A model generated the notes under the pieces. The model saw only the letters and a program-made list of their open reading frames with translations, did no database searches and was not told the origin of the DNA. Shown in pieces: positions 19,560 through 28,400 of a stretch of DNA of 64,000 bases. The stretch is from Desulfovibrio psychrotolerans (GTDB lineage: Bacteria; Desulfobacterota; Desulfovibrionia; Desulfovibrionales; Desulfovibrionaceae), in NCBI RefSeq assembly GCF_013340305.1, contig NZ_BLVP01000008.1, positions 753,719 to 817,718 of the forward strand, read 5' to 3'. Position numbers and translations under genes: made by a program. How positions within the stretch are numbered: the stretch's first letter is position 1; every line of letters starts with the position of its first letter.

Positions 19560-20121
19560 CCGCGGGCGCGGTACGGGGCGTTTTCAGGCGTGGGGCATTG
19601 CGGGGGTGTGGACGCAGAAACGGCATGATACAGGCACAGGCCCGGAAAGGCCGGGGAATAATAACGGAGTAGGGGCAGGAACTGTGCTACCTGTGGGCAA
19701 GAAGGGGATTGCAGTCCCTGCGGGTCCCACGGCGAAAACCAAAGATGGAGCGTGAATTTGCTGCACTGCCGCGGCGGTAACGGACGGGGCGGAGGTTGGT
19801 CCCGGCATGCGGCAAAAAGCCATTTCCACAGGTTCTGCAAGGGAATACTGGACGGTGGCAAGTATCTTCTGATAGAAAGTATCACTCTGTGAGATAGTGA
19901 GTGTCCACTTGATTAACTGAGGCTTAACCGAACCTGAACAGAGTTTTAACTGGCCTAAGCTGGTCAGAACAGAGCCTGAAATACGGACCGTGATGATAAT
20001 GCGCTCATTGTGTATGGTTGTTCGTGATAGGATTCTCAGTCGGATATCGGGCAGTAGTCCGGTCCGCAGATGCAGTGGTATCTGTTCGGGCCTGCCTGCC
20101 CGAGCAACAACCATACACCAT

Positions 20122-21195
20122 ATGGCTGTATTGTTGGTTGCCTGCTGTCTCTTGGCTGTTTCCGGTTTGCACAGCGCCCGTGCGGCAGAGGATGATGCAC
20201 AGGCTGCAGTTGCTTCAGCAGGGACCATCGCGTATTTTGAGGCGGGGCCTTACTGGGAGTTTGAACTTCTGTATACGGAAGTGCTCGCCGCGCTGGAGCG
20301 CATGGGCGTGCGGGACAAGGTGCATCTGCCCCCGCATCTGCATAGCAGCCCCGGCTGGGGAGCAGACCCCGACGTGTATCTTGCGGAGGCTGAACGGCTC
20401 ATGGCAGACCCTTCGGTGGACGCCATCATAAGCATGGGAACGGAAGCCACCAAGGCTCTGCTGGCCAAGAATAACGGAAGAACCTCCATTGTGGCCATAG
20501 ACGTGGCGGACCCTGTGCGCGCAGGATTCATTGACCGGGATACAGGACTTGGTGCGCCCAACCTGATCATTCAGCATACGCCGGACAAATGGCACAGGGT
20601 TTTCGTATTGTTCCACGAGGCACTGCCCTTTTCCCGTCTGGGTATCATGTACAGCGATACGCCGGAAGGGCTCTGGTACTCTAACGTGCCAGAGGCGCGC
20701 GAAGTGGCACGCGAGCGAGGGTTCGAGCTTGTGGAATATGACCGTCTGGACAGGGAGGAAAGCCCGGAATCCTGTGCGGAAGGGGTGCGGAGCCTGATCA
20801 GTCAGGGAGTGGATGCTCTCTATATTTCTGCCCTCAACTGCTTTGACTGGACGCAGGCAAACCCGCAGCCCATGCTGGACAGCCTGCATGGCAAGGGCAT
20901 CCGCACCTTTGCGCGGGACGGAACCGTGCATGTGCGGCGCGGAGTGCTCATGGGGCTTTCCACGCTGGATTATGTGCCGCTGGCAGAATTTTACGCAGCC
21001 GGCATTGCCGAACTGCTGGGGCTGATGCCGGAAGGCTTTATGCCATCGGAATATCGGTACCGGCCCAAAATTACGTTGAATCTGGATACCGCAAGTGCGT
21101 TGAAGATTAATGTTCCTCTGGTGCTGCTTATTTCTGCTGACGAAATTTTCGATTCCAGCCTTGCGGCTGTCCGGAATGCAACGGTGTCACAGTAA
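20122..21195 (+). CDS. ABC-transporter-type periplasmic binding protein, uncharacterised COG2984/PF04392 family (paralog 1). Start uncertain (19990 or 20122).
   Basis: Signal-peptide-like MAVLLVACCLLAVSGLHSARA. Conserved blocks shared with the 33039-34136 paralog (IGYFEAGPYW..., GMGTEATKALLA, LGI(M/L)Y(S/N)D(T/S)PEGR, ALNCFDW, PTFARDG, ITLNLDTA). No adjacent permease or ATPase. Confidence 0.6.
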   Translation: MAVLLVACCLLAVSGLHSARAAEDDAQAAVASAGTIAYFEAGPYWEFELLYTEVLAALERMGVRDKVHLPPHLHSSPGWGADPDVYLAEAERLMADPSVDAIISMGTEATKALLAKNNGRTSIVAIDVADPVRAGFIDRDTGLGAPNLIIQHTPDKWHRVFVLFHEALPFSRLGIMYSDTPEGLWYSNVPEAREVARERGFELVEYDRLDREESPESCAEGVRSLISQGVDALYISALNCFDWTQANPQPMLDSLHGKGIRTFARDGTVHVRRGVLMGLSTLDYVPLAEFYAAGIAELLGLMPEGFMPSEYRYRPKITLNLDTASALKINVPLVLLISADEIFDSSLAAVRNATVSQ

Positions 21196-21242
21196 GCGGG
21201 TCGCAAGACCGAAACGTGCAACTAAACTAAAGGGGCTTTGAA

Positions 21243-21854
21243 ATGGCGAAGAAGAATCCCGATGTGGCAAACGAAGCGGCGGAACAGACCGTAGCTGGTG
21301 AACCGATGGAGAACGCCGCCGAGGAAACGGCCAGGGTTCTGCCCTGCGAGCACGAAGTGGATGGCATTATCCGCAAGCGTGTTTATGCGGCTGTGGGACT
21401 GGGTTTTGTTCCCGTGCCGCTGGTTGATCTGGCCGGTCTTACCGCCATTCAGCTGGAAATGGTCTATGCCCTTTCCAAGGCGTATGGCGTGGAGTTCAAG
21501 AAAGAACGCGTCAAATCCATCATTTCTTCCCTGTGCGGCAGCGTTGCCACCGTGGCGGCAGTGCCCATGCTCGCTTCCCTGTTCAAGTGCATTCCGGTTA
21601 TCGGCACCACGGCCGGTGCGGCTACCCTGAGCATTACGGGCGGTGCCACCACCTATGCACTGGGTTGGGTGTTCGACCGGCATTTCAAGAAGGGCGGCAA
21701 TCTGGTCAATTTTGATACCGCGGAAGCCAAGTCCTATTTCAAGACCAAAATGGAAGAAGGCAAGGCTCTGGTATCCAAGATGAATCCCAAGAAGAAGGAT
21801 GAATCAGCCGAGGCGGCCGCACCGGCAGCGGACGAAGCGCAGTCTCCGGCATAA
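21243..21854 (+). CDS. Hypothetical protein, DUF697-like (membrane-associated, Lys-rich acidic tail)
   Basis: 203 aa. Central hydrophobic block (VGLGFVPVPLVDLAGLTAIQLEMVYALSKAYG...IGTTAGAATLSITGGATTYALGWVF) resembles the DUF697/YcjF-type family. Family assignment is from memory only. Confidence 0.3.
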   Translation: MAKKNPDVANEAAEQTVAGEPMENAAEETARVLPCEHEVDGIIRKRVYAAVGLGFVPVPLVDLAGLTAIQLEMVYALSKAYGVEFKKERVKSIISSLCGSVATVAAVPMLASLFKCIPVIGTTAGAATLSITGGATTYALGWVFDRHFKKGGNLVNFDTAEAKSYFKTKMEEGKALVSKMNPKKKDESAEAAAPAADEAQSPA

Positions 21855-21855
21855 G

Positions 21856-21915
21856 CATGTTCCTGTAGGGCGTGTTCCTGTGGGATGCGTTCCTGTAGGG
21901 TGTGCCACTGTAGAG
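21856..21915 (+). repeat. Four tandem ~15-bp direct repeats (nnnGTTCCTGTAGGG) immediately after the DUF697-like gene stop, upstream of the NRPS
   Basis: GTTCCTGTAGGG at 21859. GTTCCTGTGGG at 21874. GTTCCTGTAGGG at 21889. Degenerate CCACTGTAGAG at ~21904. 15-bp period. Confidence 0.7.
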
Positions 21916-22055
21916 CGCGGTCGTGTTCAATGTCAGCACGTGTTCGCTCAGCGAGTGCGCGGTCGGGGCTTCGGGACCTGGGCGACCGACCATGCTTTGT
22001 GCACAGTGTGGGGCTTGGGCTGTCCATGAAATCAGCGTGGTATACACGTAAGGTA

Positions 22056-22093
22056 GCATGGACTGAGCATGGCCCGGGCATGGACGAGCATGG
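22056..22093 (+). promoter_or_regulatory. Four helically phased GCATGG direct repeats (spacing 11, 11, 10 bp), candidate transcription-factor operator about 360-390 bp upstream of the NRPS start
   Basis: GCATGG at 22056, 22067, 22078, 22088. Inverse CCATG at 22024. Non-coding region. Confidence 0.5.
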
Positions 22094-22449
22094 AGTGAAA
22101 GGAAGCGCCTTGCCGTGCGGCTGTTAGCCGTTGCGGTACCTGCCGTCCTCTGACGCTTTGCCGTGGCAGAAGGGGCATAGTGCCTCCCTGCGTCAAGGCT
22201 GTGCGCCAGTACAGGTGCCTGCTTATCTGAGCCGAACAGGGCTTTATGTACCGCAGGGGTACCGGCGGGCAGCCGTTTGTTATTGCCTGTTCGTCCGGTG
22301 CTGCGGGGGCTGTGGTTGTCCCGTATCGAACCCTGCGTATGCCGGAGAGATATTGCATCACTCTCCGGTTCATACCGATGGGTGTGGCATGCGGGATTGC
22401 CATCTCCAATGGTATTCACGTGGAATTCAGGGCAGGAATCGGAATCCGA

Positions 22450-25400
22450 ATGACGCAGAACCGATCGTTGCCGCTCCCCCCTGAACAGAAGGCGGAGCCT
22501 GCCGCCGTGCTGGCGGATGATACCGGTGCTGACTGCAGAGATGCGGACAGCGCGCCCCTTACGCCGGAAGAACGGGCGCAACTCAACGTATGGGAGTACG
22601 GTCCTGTAAGGCCCGTGCCTCATGGCGGCATTCCTGCGCTCTTTGCCCGTCAGGTGCGCATGGCTCCCCACGCTCCCGCTCTGCTGGTTGACGGGGCGTT
22701 GCTCTCCTATGCGGAACTGGATGCAGCGTCCAATCGTGTTGCGCACGCGCTGCTGCATATTCTGGGCGGTGTGAACGGAAACGGCATTCAACCAGCGCCA
22801 GCCGTGCACGCCCTGCACGTGTCATCTCACTCCGCAAACGACAATGGCAACGGCAACGGCAACGGCACGGGGAGCACAATCTCTTCCGGACCGATGAACA
22901 CGCCGGAAAGTGCCGACATGGCGGAACTGGCAGTGCCAGACCGTGTTGTGGGGGTGCTTACGGGCAGGAATCCCCATCTGGCGGTGGTGGCTCTGGGGAT
23001 ATGGAAGGCCGGTGCCGTGTATCTGCCGCTGGATGCCTCGCTGCCTGCCCCGCGATTGCGCAGAATGATGGAAGATGCACGCGTGCGCGTGCTGTTTGAT
23101 GCGCGCACCGATGCAGACCTTCGCGCCCGCCCTGTGCCCGATTGCCTGTTGCCGGACCCGGAAAAGTCAACCCCGGAGTTCAGCTGTGCCCATCTGAATA
23201 TGGACGCAGCGTTACTCTGCCCGGACCATGCGGTGCATCGCGCGGCAGATTCCGCCGCATGCGCCTACATCATCTTCACTTCCGGTTCTACGGGCATCCC
23301 CAAGGGGGTTGCCGTCTCCCACGGGGCGTTTGTCAACATGATCTGCGGGCAGATTGCCGTGCTGGGCATAACCCCCGCAGACCGCCTGCTGGCCTTCGCA
23401 CTGCCTTCGTTCGATGCCTCGCTTTCCGAAATGTTCATGGCGCTGGGGGCGGGAGCCAGCCTGTACCCTGTCTCGCGCGATATTATTGGGGATACCGAAT
23501 CTTTTTCAGCCTTTGTAGACTCCCACGGCCTTACCGGAGCCACATTGCCCCCGGCCTACCTGCGTTTGTTCCAGCGGCGTGATTTTCCCACCCTGCGGTT
23601 CCTGCTTACGGCAGGAGAAGCGCCTGTCCGGGAAGATGCGCTGCATTACGCCGCCCGTCTTGCGTATTACAATGCCTACGGCCCCACGGAGAACGCCGTG
23701 TGCGCGACAATGACGCGTATCATTCCGCACGGTTCTGGCATGGAGAATGAGAACAGCGGGAGCATTGGGAGCAACGGGAGCGGTCGAAACGGCGGGAGCG
23801 GGGGCGCAGAAGGAGAAACCTGCGCCGGACGGGTGCCCCTGCCCATGGGAAAGCCGTTGCCTAACATGGGAACGCACGTACTGGGGCCGGACCTTGCGCC
23901 TGTGCCGCCCGGACAGCCGGGAGAGCTTTGCCTCAGCGGGCGCAGTCTCGCCATGGGCTATGTGAACAGGCCGGACCTGAACGCAGCCAGTTTTATTCTG
24001 TGCCCGGCCTTGCAGAACCGGCGTATATACAGGACGGGCGATCTGGTCCGCTGGAATGCCGCAGGTGAACTGGAATATCTGGGGCGTATAGGCAGGGAAG
24101 TGAAGGTGCGCGGTTTCCGCATCGACCCCGGCGAGGTGGAATGCGCGCTGGATGAATTGCCCGATGTGCTGCAATGCGCCGTGGCAGCCCATCGCCTGCC
24201 GGATGATATGGGCGGGAGCACTGCCCTGCACGGCTTTTTGGTTATGCGGGGAGAAAAGGCGCTGCCTTCGCCTGTGATGCTGCGGGAGTGGCTGCTGCGC
24301 ACGCTGCCTGACTATATGGTTCCTTCAGGGTGGACGCAGTTGCACAGGCTGCCGCTCAACCGTTCCGGCAAGATTGATTATGCCGCACTGGCTGCACAGG
24401 CGGCTGCCACAGGTGTTGATTGTTCAGTCCCGAGCGACTTCTCCAGCCAGGCTGCCCCGGCGCAGAAACCGGAAGCTGCGGCTCACAAGAGCGAAATCCC
24501 CGGGCAGCCCGCAGCGGAGAGGACCACGCCTGAAATGCCAACGGGGCGTGTGCTGCCCATGTCCTTCTCGCAGCGGCAGTACTGGATACTGCATCAGTCG
24601 GAAGCTTCCGCAGCCAGCAGCAACATGTCCTTTGTTGTCGAATTTTCCTGTACACCCGGAGCGGAACAGGCTCTTGAAGAGCGTCTGCGCGCCGCCTTCG
24701 GTGCGATTATGGACCGGCATGAGAGCCTGCGCACCTCGTTCAGCATGGTGGACGGCGCTCCCATGCAGATTATTCATCCGCACATTCCCTTTACGCCCGA
24801 CCTGCGCGATCTGAGCGACAGCCTGACACCGGATGAGGATGCGCAGGACCTGTGCGTGGAGTTGCTGCAAACCCCGCTGGACATAACCCAGCCACCGCCG
24901 TTGCGCGGGCTGCTCATCCGGCTTTCCGGCCGGGTGTGGCTTGCGGTGAGCCTGCATCATATTGTGGGTGACGGGCAGTCCGTGGGCATAGTCGGGCATG
25001 AATTGCTGGCCTGCATGGAAGGGCGCGCATTGCCTGCCGTAGAGGGGCAGTATCAGGATTTTGTCCATGCGGAGCAGCAGTATCTGGCTTCTCCGGTCAT
25101 GCAGACAGACCGCAGGTACTGGCTGGACGTATTGTCGCAGGGGCAGCCGCGGGCCGATATAGCCACCGAGTATGAACGCCCGGCTTTTCGCAGGGGGCGG
25201 GGCGAGATTTGTCGGGTGGCTCTTTCCGGAACGCAGGTGGCGGATTTCTGCAGGCGCGATTCCCTGCCCGGTTCGCTGTTCATGCGCATTGTCGCCTGTG
25301 TGGCCATGCTGCTGCGCAGCCGTGCGGACGGGGACACCATAACCATGGGCATTCCTGTTTCGGTGCGGCATAAAGGGTCTTTCGGGCAGGTTGTGGGCAA

Positions 25401-28400
25401 CTTCATTGTGCCGCAGCCTTTGGTGGTGCCTGTCAGGGCGCAGGAGGGGTTTGCCACCGTGCTCAATTCGTCCATACAGGCTGTGGCTGGAGCCATGGAA
25501 CACTGCATGTATCCGCCCGTGCGGCTGTACGGCGATTTGGACGTTGTGCGCGACCCGGCGCGGGGGGCGTTGTTCGATGTCATGATTACCACGCCCCAGC
25601 TTTCCCTGACTGTGCCCGTACAGGGCAATGTGCATGGCTATGAAGATGATGAAGGAATGGCTTCGCCGGACAGTCGCCCTGACAGCCAGTCGGACAGTCG
25701 CCCTGACAGCCAGCCGGACAGTCAACCGGACAGCCAGCCGGACAGCCAGCCGGACAGCCAGCCGGATACTCTGCCGCAGGATATGCCGGAAAAATTGGCG
25801 GACGATCCGCGGGGCGAAATGTCCTTGTCCTTGGGCAAGGGCAGGTTTATTTCACTCTATTCCGGCCTTGCCAGATTCGACCTGACATTCGTGACCGCCA
25901 TCTTGCCGGATGGCGGCCTGATGCTGGTGCTTGAGTACGACTCCGACCTCTACAGCCGCTCGACGGCAAAAGCCATGCTGGAATCGTTGCGGGCCATGAT
26001 TGTTGAGGGTGCATACGGGCAGCCTGTGCTGAACGGAGAAAACGCTTCCGATGCACTTTCTGCCGGAGCAGGGGAGGCGGATGCTTGCAATGCCTCCGGT
26101 CAGGCATCAGCCGCCGCATCCTCGGCTGGCACGGAAGAGCTGCGCCGCACTATGCTGGCTGTGTGGCGCACGGCTTTGGGTAGGCCGGAACTGCACGAAC
26201 GGGATAACTTTTTTACCGCCGGCGGCGACTCCATAAAAGCCATCAGCCTGTGCGGGGAGCTGCGCAAGCACGGCATTCCCCTTTCTCCCGCCCAGCTCTT
26301 CCGCTTCCCGACAGTGGCAGAGGCGGCAGAAGCATGTCGCGCAGCAGAGGCAACGCCGGAAGCCCTGCCAGACGCATGGCCGGTTCCGGTGAGCCCCGTG
26401 GCCCATATCTTCATCCCCGAACAGACGGATTTTCTGCGCAAGTTTGTGCAATCTCTCATGGTGGAAGTACGGCGCGATGAGGACCCCGCGGACGAGGACA
26501 GGCTGGAAACGGCCTTCCGGGCCGTGGTGCGGCATCATCCGGCGTTCCGGTACAGGCTGCGGCTGCATGACGGGGCGGCGTTTGAACTGCTGGGCAGTCC
26601 CCGCGTTTACTGGAAGCGGATAGCCTGCGCCGATGCGGACGTGGCGGAAACAGCCCTGCGGGAGGGCAGATCCATCCGTGAGTGGATAGACCCATGCAAG
26701 GGCTACAACGTGGGCGCCTGCCTGTTCAGTACCCCGCAGGCGGTTCTGCTGCTCGTGGTAAGCGCGCATACCAGTGTGGATATGGTGTCGTGGCGTGTAC
26801 TCAGCGATGATCTGGAAACGGCGTACCGGCGCGGCCCCGGGGCGCTTGTGTCCGGTGCTGCCGGATTTGACCAGTGGCTGCGCGCTCTGTACAGGCATGC
26901 GGAATCCGGTGCAACGGAGGGGGAACTGGAATTCTGGCGGAACATGGTGTCCGGCAGGATTGCACGGCTTCCCCTTGTCGTGGCGCAGGACGAGCAGTGG
27001 ACTATGCAGGAGGCACAAGTGTCCCCGGATGTGGTGGACCGGCTGGAAGCCCTTGCGGTGGGTAACGGTCTGGACATGCGGTCCATCCTGCTGGCCACCC
27101 TTGCGCGCAGCCTTGTCCCTGTGCTGGAAGGCGACGCGGTGCTGCTCACCTTTGAAGGCCACGGGCGGCAGGTTTCTTACTCCACGCTGGATGTGATCCG
27201 CACGGTGGGCTGGTTTACGGCGGCGTATCCCTTCCGGCTGCCGCTGGATGCGCATTCTCCGCTATCGGCTCTTGCCGGGAACCTGCTGCAACACATGCGG
27301 CAGGTGCCGGATGGCGGCACAGGCTTCTGCGTGTTGTGCCATGCCCTGAAGCGTCTTGAAAAACCGGCGGCAAGTTTCAGTTTCAACTATCACGGAAGAC
27401 AAACCGTCGAGCGCCGAGACGGGTTCGGGCTGTCCGGACACAATCCGGACCTGCTCACAGACATGGTATCCACCCGGCATTCCGATCCGGTGAACCTGTC
27501 GCTGGTTATTCTGGAAGGAACGCTGCACATCGTGGCGCAGTTCCCCGGCGGACTGCTGGATGCGGACTGGGTGCGCGCGATGCTGGACCGCTGGAGAGCG
27601 AATCTTGGCGAGATGGCCCGCTCTGCGCCTGCATCCGGTGCCTTTCCGGTTCATGCGGCAGGGCAGAACGTATTTCCCGTGCTTCCCTTGCAGGCGGCAT
27701 TGGTGGAAAGCCTGAACGAGTCGGGTCAAGCGACTGCAAGAGAGACGGCTGCCGGAACCGTTCAGATCTCCTTCCGCCTGCGCGGCAACCGGTGCGCGGC
27801 AATGCTGCCCGATGTCTGGCGGCAGGTGGTGCAGCGGCATGAATTTTTGAGAGCAGTCTTTGTGCAGAAGGGGGAAGGCAGCGTTAAGCAGCGCCTGATG
27901 CCCGAAGCTGCGCACGCGGTGACCGTGTCCGATGGTCTGGGTCTGGAGCCGGAGGTGCAGGATGCGGAATTGCAGGCGCTGCTCGGGTTTGAGCGGAAGC
28001 GCCCCTTCCTTCCGTCCGGCCCGCTCATGCGTGTTCTGTTCATGCGGCATGGCGATGATTGCTGCACCATGGCATGGACATTCCCCCGTCTGCTTCTGGA
28101 CGACCGGAGCGTGGGTATTCTGCTGCACGACCTGTGCGCACTTTACCATGCCCGTTTGCACAACGAGTCAGCAGTGCTGCCGTGTACGGTGAGTCTTGCC
28201 GGGGCGTTGTCGGGTCTGCCGTTGCAGAACGAGGATGATACGCAGGCATTCTGGCGCCGATATCTTGCCGGGACGCAGGGCTATGTGCCGCTGCTGCCTC
28301 GCAATGGCGAAATGGCCGACGCTGTTGCCGTTGCCGGGGAGACAAAAGAGTTCACGGCGGAACTGTTGCAAGTGGAAATCACCGCCCTGCGTGCGCTGGC

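Noticed and set aside
21856-22093. Considered whether the tandem repeats upstream of the NRPS are a CRISPR array
   Set aside because: The units are only 12-15 bp with no unique spacers of 30-40 bp, and the GCATGG elements are hexamers at 10-11 bp phasing. There are no cas genes. These are regulatory-type repeats, not CRISPR.
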